Position numbers and translations under genes: made by a program. This document shows, piece after piece, positions 48,549-61,290 of a DNA stretch of 63,620 bases. Positions within the stretch are counted from its first letter, which is position 1; each line of letters opens with the position of its first letter. Source of the stretch: Octopus bimaculoides (Eukaryota); the NCBI RefSeq assembly GCF_001194135.2, contig NC_068985.1:97464640-97528259 (forward strand). Direction: 5' to 3'. The notes beneath the pieces are model-generated. The model was not told where the DNA came from. It ran no database searches and saw only the letters and a list, made by a program, of their open reading frames with translations.

Positions 48549-50231
48549 GTATTATAATCTTCTATGTATATCTTTTGAGTTTCTGATAAACAAATGTTGT
48601 TATGTTACAATCGGGCTGTGAATGCATTGGAAGGTCTTATGACATCCGACTGCATTGAATGCATTAAATATAACTTTACACGAATATATTCTATTCAACA
48701 CTGCTTTGTGCAATATAATTTATTTAATTCTAGCTTGGTCAAACTTTACATACATCAACAAATGTACCATATTCTGTCTTCTTTTCAAGCTGCAAATGAC
48801 AGATCTGCTTTGTAATTGACAAGGCAAAAAGACATAGAGACACATGCATCCTGTTATCCAATGACAAATTTCATAGCCCACACATGTCTTGGAGACGAGT
48901 TTTCTCCTGGGACTGTTTCTGCAGCAGCAGGTCTTATCATGTTCAAATGCACCTAGACATGTTAAATATGATTTTACACAAACATATTTTATTCAATGCT
49001 GCATCGTGCTACATATACTAAATCTTATTTGTATTAAACATTAGCGACCGAAAAGAAAGTCAATGCTTCTTAAAAAGAGTTATGTGTTAAGGGTCGTCTA
49101 TTCTAATATTTTTTAGTAAGCAGACAAGATTTAAAATGTTTATATTCTTTGCAAGTGTATCATTAACATAATACAAGAAGGTGAAAGCTTGGCTGAAAGC
49201 TTAAGAAGTTTGCTTTACAATCTTAAAAGTCTTGGGTTTGATTCTGCCAGGGCAAGGGATTTCCATCTTAGTTTGGGTTGATCCAACTTTTGTAAGTGAA
49301 ATTGTGTAAATGGAAAGTTGAGTGGAAGCCCCTTTGAATTGACTGCACCACTAATAAAATCTGATGAGCTGCTAAAACAACTGGTTCACTGAGTTACCGA
49401 AAATTAATGACATTGTTTAAGTTACTGAAATTTTAATCATTGTTGTCTTCTTCTTCCACCTCTTCCTCTTCCTTTTCTTTTACTTCATCTTCTTCCACTT
49501 CCTCTATTCCTCCTCCTCCTCCTNNNNNNNNNNNNNTTCTTCTTCTTCTTCTTCTTCTTCTTCTTCTTCTTCTTCTTCTTCTTCCAGCAATTGTGTTACA
49601 GATAGATTTAGGAATGCGAATACAAAATGTATGAAATTTTTAATGCGTTTATGAAGTTTAGGCTGAAATATATATACAGATTTAGAAGGAAAAATGAGTC
49701 TGTTAAAATAAATAAATAAATAAATAAATAAATATCTCTGTTGCTCTGTTAAAATAAATAAATAAATAAATATCTTTCACATAAAATTATGGACTCCGTT
49801 CTAATATAGAATCAATGCAAGGGAGACAATTTAGCTATACAGTTAGAAAAATAAATTATTACCCTTTACCGCAGAACTTAACCCGTCTACACTTACCTGT
49901 GTACAAATTCACACAAATATACGCATATATACGTTATAGACTGATACGCAAGATTTTTTTTTTTTTATCTACTTATAAAACTTTGTCATTGTATCAAGAG
50001 CACATACGTTCTTCCTGTGTGACTAGCATTCCGTCGATTACGACGACAAGGGTTCAGTTGATCAGATCAACAGAACAGCCTGCTTATGAAATTCACGTGC
50101 AAGTAGCCGACCACTCCACAGACATGTAGTGCAGCAAGTGTTACATAGATGACTGCATAATCCTCTTAGAATTGTAGTTTAACCCATAGTTAATTACCAA
50201 CCTTCTAATTTAATTTCTTTCTAAATTTCAG

Positions 50232-50375
50232 GATGTGCTGATGGTTACAGTTATGGGAAAATATGACCTTTTTTTACCACTTGATGCTCATGTTGATGAC
50301 TCCAGAGCAGATGCTCAGTTTCATAAAGACAAAGCTGTCTTATCTGTCAGACTACCATATTTGGAAACTCTTTGA
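50232..50375 (+). CDS. PIH1D2: PIH1D2 terminal coding exon (CS domain)
   Basis: tttcag|GAT; DVLMVTVMGKYDLFLPLDAHVDDSRADAQFHKDKAVLSVRLPYLETL then TGA. Confidence 0.92.
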   Translation, partial: DVLMVTVMGKYDLFLPLDAHVDDSRADAQFHKDKAVLSVRLPYLETL

Positions 50376-52445
50376 AAAAAAAATTCTGCCCAAGTTAAAA
50401 TCCTGAGAGTTTTTTTCTTTTTTTCTTGTAAACCTATACAGATATATTTAAATATAATGGTTTCAAATTTTGATGCATGGCCAGCAGTTTTAGGCGGGGT
50501 GGGAAAGCTAGTTGATTACATCAATCCTGGTTTTCAGCTGGTATTTATTTTATTGACCTCCAAATGGATGAAGGGTTGACCTTGATGGACTTTAACTCAG
50601 AACGCAAAGTGGGAAGAAATTCTGCAATGTATTTCTTCCAATGTGCTAATAATCCTGCCAGTTTGCCACTTCAAATCTCAATATAGTTCTTTCTAATTTT
50701 GGCATAAGGCCAACAATTCTGAGGGGAGGGGAAGCTGATTATATCGATCCCAGTGCACGACTGGTACTTATTTTATCCACCTTGAAAGGCTGGAAGGTAT
50801 AGTCGACCTTGCTAGAATTTGAACTCAGAACGTAAGGAGTTGGAAGAAATACCACAATGCATTTCTTCTGATGCTGTAATGATTCCACCAGTCATTTACC
50901 TATAGATAGCATCAAATCTCAAATCAAGGAAAACTATTAATGGTCTGTGTTGGTAAGAGTTCATAGACAACGTTTTCATTAGGTTCCATTGCTGTGGGGA
51001 AGGAAGAATTTTGCATATAGAGATCTTCTTCTTTATCAAAGAGTGAAGAAGATAGAATAAGAATTATTGTTGACTGAGTTGTAGGTGAATAAAAAATATA
51101 CTGCTAGTTGTGTTCATCATGGTCATGATCATGATTGTGATCATCATCATTGGTTTAATGTCTATTTGTCCTGTCTTTTGGGGGTTGGACAGAATTGATT
51201 TGAGGCAGATTTTCTACAGCTAGATACCCTTCTTGTCACTAACTCACTCGTTTCCAAGCAAAAGCCAGCATTTAAAGACATATTAAAAGATAGTGCAGAT
51301 AATTATTGTGAGTAAATTATATCAACACAGCATTTAAAACTTAAGATTCTACGAGTAGTGAAATATGTTGCCAAGAATTTATCAAACTAGAAAAGACGGA
51401 CGAACAGGGGTGACAAATCTAAATCAAAATAAGTTAACTACACCGAAATATATATAGATATATTAGTACATAACCATGTTTCGGTTATAAAAATGCTGTG
51501 TTAAGGAATCATGAAAATTTAGACTGATATTCTTTAATAAGCTATTTAGGTAATCTAATTTGTAATCTAATCCAAATAACCATCTCGCTATTATGGGTAA
51601 TATTTACAACTGTTTACTTCGTTGTTAGTCCTTAAAACAATTTTTCTCATGTTATTGATATGATAATTTATATCGATAAAGTACAACTGATATGTACCGC
51701 TAGCTTAGCAAATAATGTCAACAGTCCGACAGATACCCACAGCATTCGTAAACTGCGCCTAAATTTACCTGTATATATTTTTATTACGGCAATACTGGTT
51801 GTTGTTCTTTGATGTAAACAAACAACAGCGCAAGAGCTGCAGTGGACACACGTTTGTGTATTATACAGTAAAGCAATATCTGTAGTTTACTAATGTGATT
51901 ACATGTTTAGAACTATATTCGTGATCGATGATGTTTTGTTGCCAATCATTCTATAGAAATGTGGGAAACATTTGTAAAGGTGTTTGATGTTATCGGTAAG
52001 CCTACAGCAGCAGAGTAACTGTCACTTGACGGTAGTGCAGGCTTGCTCAAACCCGATCTTGAACATATAAGGCGCAAAATAATTTTCTAGGAGCTTTTAC
52101 TTTGGAACCCACCACCGAAAATAAATTCACGCCAAAAGCAACGATTTAGACAATAGGGGAGATTACTCTTACATATGAAACTTACATTTTCCTCCCCACT
52201 TGTTTCGGAATTCGTTTTCAAAAATAGTCTCCTTGATGTTTTATTAACATATTTTTCCAGGAAGAAAAGAAAGAAAAAAAAATCACTAAAAGTATAAAAG
52301 ATCAAATTATCGAGACCCCCCCCCCCCCATAACTATCATCAAGGAAACAAAGAAAAAGAAGAAAAGGTGTGTGTGGAGGAATTAAACCGTAGAAGAAGGT
52401 GGGATGGTGGTAACGGGCTGTTATATTTCAGACCAAACGGCGTGT

Positions 52446-52800
52446 TTATCCGCGCCTCGTGGACATGATTGCAAAGGTATTACTGCGGAGAATCGCCAGC
52501 AACAACTCGCTGCCGCGGCCATCCTACATCGCGGGGTTTGTTTCTCAAACGGGCCGCGATTATCATGATTTTACGAAGGAAATCAGCAGTGCAGTGTTCG
52601 AGAACACCTGAGATCTCGACAGCGACCAGCACAAACTGATAGCAGCCGGCCACAGTCTCTCTCCTGTATTTGTTAATCTTCCTCTTCTCTGCGTTATGGG
52701 TGGCGATACCCAGGTTTGCGGCCGATGCGGCAAGGTTGGAGTCGGAGAACGTCTCGCGGCACCAAATATTGTTTTTGTTATAATTTTTGTGACTTCTTTC
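52446..52800 (-). mobile_element. CRE-like RLE non-LTR retrotransposon 3' fragment
   Basis: Minus reading IWCRETFSDSNLAASAANLGIATHNAEKRKINKY...YQFVLVAVEISG...WPRQRV, frameshift, LAILRSNTFAIMS then stop. Matches the RLE tail (WDATC.DT, AE..K..KY, F.P.AVET.G, QR.S.AI.RGN). Confidence 0.7.
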
Positions 52801-53024
52801 TGCGTTCAGGTCATGACAGGAATAAGTGCAGATATAAAATCGAGGGGCCTGTAGAGTAGACGAGGTGCCCTGTACTTTTTATTGTTTACAGGGAGATAGG
52901 CAAAGAGTATGGCTGTGTAGTTAAGAAGCTTGTTTTGCACCCCGTGGTTCCTGGTTCATGACCCCTTAGGTAAGAGCCTTCTACTATAAGTCCAATTAAT
53001 TGCGAGTGAAACTGTATAAAAGCT

Positions 53025-53386
53025 CATAGTGGCTGTGTGATAAGAAGCTTGCTTTCTAACCATATGGTTCCACGTTCAGTCCTACTGCATGACAGCTTGG
53101 GCAAGTGTCTTCTATTATGGCCTCGGGCCGACCAAAACGGGGACATAAACACACCAACATCGGTTGTCAAGCGATGGTGGTGGTGGTGGGGGACAAACAC
53201 AGACAGATAGACAGACAGGCACACACGTACACGACGTGCTTCTTTCAGTTTCCGTCAACCAAATCCACTCACAAAACTTTGGTCTGCCCGAGGCTATAGT
53301 AGAAGACACTTGCCCTAGGTGCCACGCAGTGGGACTGAACCCGGAACCATGTAGCTGGTAAGCAAGCTACTTACCACACAGCCACT
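53025..53386. mobile_element. Composite SINE family A (two heads in opposite orientations)
   Basis: A plus-strand head at 53025-53135 abuts a minus-strand copy ending at 53386. Confidence 0.7.
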
Positions 53387-53984
53387 CATGGCAATGTATT
53401 GGTGCCAGAATACAGCGAATAAATAAATTTTAATATCTCAATTCATTAAAAACAGTCGCCGACACAAACTCATATCTTTCGGACTTCAGGCCAAAACTGT
53501 GGACAATTTATACATCTTTGGTGGTCTACGCTGCTGCCATTTCACCACTCCACCTCCTGTCACCNNNNNNNNNNNNNNNNNNNNNNNNNNNNNNNNNNNN
53601 NNNNNNNNNNNNNNNNNNNNNNNNNNNNNNNNNNNNNNNNNNNNNNNNNNNNNNNNNNNNNNNNNNNNNNNNNNNNNNNNNCACAGTCACTCACTCACCA
53701 CCACCACCGACACCACCGCCACCGACACCACCACCACCACCACCACCACCACCATCATCATCATCATCGCCGTCGTTGTCTCTTACATTAACCATTCTCT
53801 TCAGCTTGTCTTTGCCATTTCCCCAGCCTGCAGAAATATGTCTTAGTTTATTAATTCTAACTCAAATTTATTTTCCTTTCTTTCTTTCTTTTTTTCTTTT
53901 TTTTCTTTCTTTCTTTCTTTCTTTTCTCTTTGTTTGTTTGTTTGTTTGTTTGATTATTTCTTTCTTTCTCTATCCTTTTTTTTT

Positions 53985-54020
<36 letters not shown>

Positions 54021-54243
54021 TTTTGCGCCTCCACATACTTATATATACCCGAAGAGACATCAACATATTCGCATATATTCGCATACACCTACAGTCCCAT
54101 GCACATGCACACAAACATAAACATCGTACCACACACACACTCATCGATACACAGACACACAAACTTCCAAACACACAAACACACAAATATATAAACATAC
54201 ATACAGACATGCGTACATACATACATACATACAAACAAACAAA

Positions 54244-54465
54244 AATACCTGTAATTATTGGGGCCCTGGGATATGTAACATACTACCTAAATACCAATCT
54301 CGAAAAATTAGGCTTCTCAAAATCAGAAAGGAGAAAGCTAATTCGAAGACTACAGATTGAATCCATCACTGGAACTGTAAAAATCTGTAAAATTTTCCAG
54401 AAGTTTATCATTTCAATATATATGAGCATGTCTAGATATGCAACTATATGGATGAGGATACATAC
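54244..54465 (+). mobile_element. 5'-truncated R4-like RLE retrotransposon, copy 2, embedded in (CATA)n
   Basis: Near-identical to the 3' part of 5386-5760 (IPVIIGALG...FQKFII); (CATA)n on both sides. Confidence 0.8.
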
Positions 54466-55539
54466 ATAAAACATACATACATACATACATACATACATAC
54501 ATACATACATACAAAAATACGCTGTTGTTGATGTTGAAATTCCAATGAATGAGCCGTGGATCTAGGTTAGAAACCGGCTCTTTCTCTATTGGAAAAGAAT
54601 CTTTTCTACTCTAGGCACAAAATCTGACATTTTTGTATACATTAATTGTATTTGCCGGTGTATAAGACGTATTCTCACACAAAAAGACTCCCTATATTAC
54701 AAGTAGAAAAAAAAAAACATACAAATTTAGGTTGTTTCATCATACATTCACTGAATGATGTTTTAAAGTTTGTGTAAATACAATGATGTGACAGAATACA
54801 AGAATAATTGTATGAAATCACAGATAAACAAACTTATGGAAGTATTTCAACTCAACTTTATCTTCTTTCAGACTTAGCCATTTGGTTGGTCAAGAGAACT
54901 GCCAAACAGGATGTAAAGCTCGTATTTCTGGCTGCAGTTTTGTTGTCACCACTCGTTGCAAATAACTGACACGAGGATTAAAATTTAATATTCATCTTTC
55001 TAGGGTAATTTAAAAAAAAAATTTAGATAAATAAACAAATGTTTTGGTTTCAAATTTTGGCACAAGCCCAGCCAATTTTGATGGGAGGTGCGGTAAGTCG
55101 CTTACATCAACTCCCAGCGTTCAACTGGTAGTTATTTTATCGACTTTCAAAAGAGGAAAGGTTAAGTCGGCCTCGGAGGCAGTGGAACTCAGATTTGAAC
55201 GTCGGAAGAAATGCTGCTAAGCATTTTGTCCGGCGTGCTAACGATTCTGCCACATCGCCGCATTATTCTCATAAACATTGAGTTCAAAATTTGGCACAAG
55301 GCCAGCAATTTCGTGGAGGGTGTAAGCCTATTACATCGGCCCCAGTGCTCAACTGGTACTTATTTTAGTCAAAGTCGACCTCAGCGGAATTTGAATTCAA
55401 AACGTAAAGACGAACGAAATGCGACGAAGCATTTTGTGCGGCGTGCTAACGATTCCTCTAACTTTCCACCTTAAACTTGCATAAATACTGATAGTAATTA
55501 CGAATACACATTATTGTCACGAGAACATTGTATCTTTTT

Positions 55540-55904
55540 GGCACTCCGTCGCTTACGACGTCGAGGGTTCCAGTTGATCCGATCAACGGAACAGCCTGCT
55601 CGTGAAATTAACGTGCAAGTGGCTGAGCACTCCACAGTCACGTGTACCCTTAACGTAGTTCTCGGGGATATTCAGCGTGACACAATGTGACAAGGCTGAC
55701 CCTTTGAATTACAGGCACAACAGAAACAGGAAGTAAGAGTGAGAGAAAGTTGTGGTGGAAGAGTACAGCAGGGTTTGTCGGAGCCTCGTGGAGCTTTAGG
55801 TGTTTTCGCTCAATAAACACTCACAACACCCGGTCTGGGAATCGAAACCGCGATCCTACGACCGCGAGTCCGCTGCCCTAACTACTGGGCCATTGCGCCT
55901 CCAC
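55540..55904 (-). mobile_element. SINE family C (tRNA-derived), full length
   Basis: Minus head GTGGAGGCGCAATGGCCCAGTAGTTAGGGCAGCGGACTCGCGGTCGTAGGATCGCGGTTTCGATTCCC with clear A and B boxes; CpG-rich, so probably young. Confidence 0.9.
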
Positions 55905-56689
55905 TACATTGTATCTTACACAACTGTTACAAGCCATTATAGCTTACAGACACAAACAGTTGCAGTTTACAATTATAGATCTTTCTTTGTCGATTGCAAC
56001 CACGGAATCTTTACATGGCAAGGAATTTTTCATTCAGTTTTTCTCAATACGAGGTGCATGCTTATCTGAACGAATATCCGAAACTGTAAGTTATGCCTTG
56101 TTAATTCCAGTAAAAAATTCCACTCTAAAAATTGGAACTAATTCATATTCATCCTATATAATATTTTCTGTACAAGAACCACACGACAGCCATTGAATAT
56201 TTGTATATAAGCGTTCTCACGGATTATTTATGCATCTTGGTCTTTCGTACAAATACTTTTGGTTAGTTGCTATGGAATTGTAATACATGAACTGATGTTT
56301 GTTGTATAACAAATGAACTACTGTCTTTATGTCCCCATCCATTATAATCATCCCGCCACTTAGACCGGGCAGATCTTTGATGTCAGGAGGAAAATATATT
56401 TAATGTATATTTACGCCGTCGTGTACAACAATCACTGCGGATTTGCCGACTACAGAAAGGGAGTAATACGCGATAGATTAATATTTTCCTGAAAACGAGA
56501 CTATAAATGTTGATGATGGATGTAAGAAACCTTACTGATTACAATAAAACTGCAAGATATGATTGAAATTTGATAAAAAAATAAAACTATGTTCAAATAT
56601 ATCAAGTCAAAGAGAGACTACTTTTCTCAATAAGTACCTACCTACCTACCTACCTACCTACCTACATACATACATACATAATGATTATT

Positions 56690-57110
56690 CCATCTTCACA
56701 GATGATCGTCGTCTCTCTGGGCTTCTTTGCTGCCAATAGCATTTCTGATCTTCCGTCTATGACCTCTCAGATGACTATTCAGTCCCGCTGTAGATCGGTA
56801 TGGTTTGAAGCATAGGTGATAGGCAAAAGTTGCAGCATCCACTGGATTCATCGGATCACTTTATGAGATATGATCTCTACGAACCGTCATTTGTCTCTTC
56901 AGACTCGAAATCTACTTGCAAGACTTTTCACATATTACACATATTGCTGGTAACCCTGTCGAGGAGGAAGGGCGTTGTATGTAGCTGATCTTTCAGATGG
57001 TTAACATACCCAACCTTGAAAAGGAGTACACAGTCACACCTTGTATTCCCACTGAGGTTCTGATGACAGCCTCTCTGAAGCCAGCACTTTAGGCGTTTGT
57101 GCTCAAAAAG
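56690..57110 (-). mobile_element. RTE-type LINE 3' fragment ending in a tetranucleotide tail
   Basis: Minus reading ends with a decayed zinc-finger-like LCFKPYRSTAGLNSHLRGH, followed by (TATG)n(TAGG)n. Confidence 0.6.

Positions 57111-57113
<3 letters not shown>

Positions 57114-57205
<92 letters not shown>
57114..57205. repeat. (CA)n(TA)n microsatellite
   Basis: Perfect CA run followed by TA. Confidence 0.95.
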
Positions 57206-57346
57206 CGATGGGCTTCTTTCAGTTTCCGTCTACCAAATCCACTCACAAAGCTTTGGTCGGCCCGAGGCTATAGTAGACGACACTTGCCCAAGGTGCCAAG
57301 CAGTTGGACTGAACCCGGAAGCATGTGGTCGATAAGCAAGCTACTT
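57190..57346 (-). mobile_element. SINE family A 5' half
   Basis: Consensus match next to (CA)n. Confidence 0.75.
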
Positions 57347-57497
57347 TATTTCATAAAATTTGCTATATAGGCATTACAAAGATTGCGAAGTAGCAGGGCT
57401 AGACAAAGACATTAACGTTTAGCAAGGAATACCTGGTAGTTGTATGTCGAAACAATTGTAGCGATATGTAATAAAACTAGTTCAATCCATCTTCTGG

Positions 57498-57558
<61 letters not shown>

Positions 57559-57909
57559 GTCTGTCTGTCTGTCTGTCTATCTATTTATCTGGTATTTATA
57601 TATGTGTGTGTATACGTGGACACACACATGTTTATGTATGNNNNNNNNNNNNNNNNNNNNNNNNNNNNNNNNNNNNNNNNNNNNNNNNNNNNNNNNNNNN
57701 NNNNNNNNNNNNNNNNNNNNNNNNNNNNNNNNNNNNNNNNNNNNNNNNNNNNNNNNNNNNNNNNNNNNNNNNNNNNNNNNNNNNNNNNTGAGCGTATCGC
57801 ATGATTTAAGTCAGTTAAAAGAGAATCGATTTCGCTCTTTGGTACTTCTTAGTTCATGTCTGTAGGCAATGGCACTAGAAGCCTTCAGCTACCAATTTGT
57901 CTGTGCTGC

Positions 57910-57937
57910 ACTCACACACACGCGCGCGCACACACAC

Positions 57938-57974
<37 letters not shown>

Positions 57975-58310
57975 ACCACAAACGAATGCACACATACACT
58001 CACACGCGCTCACACACACACACGCACGCACGCACTGACACATACACACACTCATACACACGCGTGCACATAGACACACACATACACACACGCGCATACA
58101 CACGCACGCATGCGCACACATACATACATACATACATACATACATAATACAGATACACGCAAATACATACACAACGTACATATCGATACACGTACATGCA
58201 TCCATACAAACACACACACGCAAGCACACAGGCACACACATATTCACTTACGCATACACATGCCCCCCCCCACACGCACTCACATATATATATTCACATA
58301 TACACGCATT
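57910..58310. repeat. Degenerate CA-rich low-complexity tract
   Basis: Mixed CA/CG/CATA repeats. Confidence 0.9.
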
Positions 58311-58944
58311 CTGATTATACGAATGAAGAAGAAGAAAAAAAAAAGGTGAAGTGGACTGTTTCAGTTTTAGGTGAATGCACAAAATTGTTGAAACGAAACA
58401 CATACCTCAATGGAAATGGCAAGGAAGGAAGCAATCGCTAATTGCAAAAGTGTAGGATGCAATGACCACCAACAGAAACATTAACATTCTATATGTGTAT
58501 GAATTGTTATTTATCATAAAGGTCAACAGGAGAAAGAATATTTGAACCAAACGAGAGAAACNNNNNNNNNNNNNNNNNNNNNNNNNNNNNNNNNNNNNNN
58601 NNNNNNNNNNNNNNNNNNNNNNNNNNNNNNNNNNNNNNNNNNNNNNNNNNNNNNNNNNNNNNNNNNNNNNNNNNNNNNNNNNNNNNNNNNNNNNNNNNNN
58701 NNNNNNNNNNNNNNNNNNNNNNNNNNNNNNNNNNNNNNNNNNNNNNNNNNNNNNNNNNNNNNNNNNNNNNNNNNNNNNNNNNNNNNNNNNNNNNNNNNNN
58801 NNNNNNNNNNNNNNNNNNNNNNNNNNNNNNNNNNNNNNNNNNNNNNNNNNNNNNNNNNNNNNNNNNNNNNNNNNNNNNNNNNNNNNNNNNNNNNNNNNNN
58901 NNNNNNNNNNNNNNNNNNNNNNNNNNNNNNTAATATTGATTTCT

Positions 58945-59990
58945 GAAATTGGCACGAAGCTACAGAATTTTCGGCCGAGGTGCAGTCGATTACATCGACC
59001 AAAGTACCTACCTAACTGTGGTATTTTATTTTATCGACTCTGAAAAGAAAGAAAGAGTGAAAAAAAAAAAAAAATAGAAAAGAAAGCGAAACTTGATCGT
59101 GAGCGGGGTTTGAACTGAGTAGTTTTAACTAAATAGCTAACTGACCCTCGGAGGAGTGAAAGGCAAAGACGACCCCGGTCGGTATTGAACTTAGAACGTG
59201 AAGAGTAGTAGGAAATATAACAGGGTTTTCTACGACGCTCTTACGATTCTCCCAACCTGCTATTACATATATATCCCTTTCTACAATAGGCACAAGGCCT
59301 GAAATTTTAGAGGATGGGGATAGTTGACGTCATCGACACAGGGAATCAACTGGTATTTATTTTATCGATTCCGAAAGAATGAAAGGCTAAGTCGACTTCG
59401 GCGGAATTTGAACTTAGAATGTAATGATGGATGAAATGCTGCTAAGCGTTTGATCCATTAAGCTAAAAATTTTGCTACCTCACCGTCCTTACGTGGATTA
59501 GATAATAGTTTCGAATTTAGGCACAAGGCCAGCAATTTCGACCCTAGTGCTCAACTGGTACTTATTTTATCAACTCGAAAGGATAAAAGGTAAAGTCGAT
59601 CTCGGCGGAATATGAACTCAGAAAATAGAGACAGACTAAATGCTGTTGGGCATTTTTCTGACTCTTATTTCTTTATTGCCCACAGGGGGCTACACATAGA
59701 GGGGACAAACAAGGACAGACAAAGGGATTAAGTCAATTACATCGGCATGCTAATGACTCTGGCAGCTTGCCACCCTAACGTGTGTTAAATAAACCTTTCT
59801 ATTATAGACACAAGGCCTTAAATTTGCGAGGAGGGAGTAAGTCGATTACATCGACTCCAGTACGTAATGGGTACTTATTTTAATCGACCTCAAAAGGATG
59901 AAAGCAAAGCTGACCTCGGTGGAATTTGAACTCAGAATGTAGCAGCGGACTCGGGACTGTAAGATTTTCGGACCGAACGCCTTGCGGTAT
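58945..59990 (-). mobile_element. Cluster of tandem/nested SINE family B copies
   Basis: The core GAAAGGATGAAAGGCAAAGTCGAC recurs at least four times with variants. Confidence 0.8.
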
Positions 59991-60227
59991 TTGTTTCGGC
60001 TCTTTGCATTCTGAGTTCCAATTCCATCGTGGCCTATTTGGATGGAAGACTTAATCTGTCCCCGACGTAATACCACTGCCTGACACCTTTGGTGCCTTTA
60101 GCTGAATCGGCTCTGCTGCAAGCATACCGACCATTTCTTACGTTTGAGGATGTTTTCCCTTCTTGAAGGCCCTCTATAAAGGACATGAACATCACGAAAT
60201 GTTGACCTTTATAGCTAGACTATTAGA

Positions 60228-60561
60228 TGTTGTTGGCACTCCGTCGCTTACGACGTCGAGGGTTCCAGTTGATCTAATCAACGGAACAGCCTGCTCGTGA
60301 AATTAACGTGTACCCTTAACGTAGTTCTCGGGGATATTCAGCGTGACAAGGCTGACCCTATGAATTACAGGTACAACAGAAACGGGAAGTAAGAGTGAGA
60401 GAAAGAGTACAGCAGGGTTCGCCACCATCCCCTGCCGGAGCCTCGTGGAGCTTTAGGTGTTTTCGCTCAATAAACACTCACAACGCCCGGTCTGGGAATC
60501 GAAACCTCGATCCTACGACCGCGAGTCCGCTGCCCTAACCACTGGGCCATTGCGCCTCCAC
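60228..60561 (-). mobile_element. SINE family C copy with internal deletions
   Basis: Near-identical to 55540-55904 apart from short deletions; (AAC)n tail. Confidence 0.88.
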
Positions 60562-60899
60562 ACTATTGTATGATGCAAAATTTATCCAGCACATCTTCGT
60601 CACCTCAAGGGAAAGATGCAGGGCTGCATTAAGCCCCATCGACGCCTTAAGCATTTAAAAGATTTTGGTACCCCCGTATATTTGTAATTCAAAATNNNNN
60701 NNNNNNNNNNNNNNNNNNNNNNNNNNNNNNNNNNNNNNNNNNNNNNNNNNNNNNNNNNNNNNNNNNNNNNNNNNNNNNNNNNNNNNNNNNNNNNNNNNNN
60801 NNNNNNNNNNNNNNNNNNNNNNNNNNNNNNNNNNNNNNNNNNNNNNNNNNNNNNNNNNNNNNNNNNNNNNNNNNNNNNNNNNNNNNNNNNNNNNNNNNN

Positions 60900-61290
60900 T
60901 TTTACTCTTTTACTTGTTTCAGTCATTTGACTGCGGCCATGCTGGAGCACCGTTTTTAGTCGAGCAAATCGACCCCAGGACTTATTCTTTTGTAAGCCTA
61001 GTACTTATTCTATCGGTGTCTTTTGCCGAACCGCTGGATTACGGGGGATGTAAACACACCACCATCGGTTGTCAAGCGATGTTGGGGGGACAAACACAGA
61101 CACACAAACACACATACACATATATACATATATATACGACGGGCTTCTTTCAGTTTCCGTCTACCAAATTCACTCACAAAGCTTTGGTCGGCCCGAGGCT
61201 ATAGTAGAAGACACTTACCCAAGGTGCCACGCAGTAGGACTGAACCCAGAACTATGTGGTTGGTAAACAAGCTACTTACCACACAGCCAC
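60900..61290 (-). mobile_element. SINE family A copy
   Basis: Full-length consensus match. Confidence 0.85.

Noticed and set aside
50900-50990. Apparent 92-nt minus-strand exon with good splice sites
   Set aside because: Translation YQHRPLIVFLDLRFDAIY matches the RTE RT motif (RP..VFLD...AFD), so it is a retroelement relic.
55830-55904. tRNA gene (also 60490-60561)
   Set aside because: A and B boxes are present, but the sequence continues into a 290-bp SINE body found in several copies and the acceptor stem does not close.
60100-60210. Possible minus-strand exon ending in GTAAGA
   Set aside because: Weak acceptor, no recognisable product and no partner exons.
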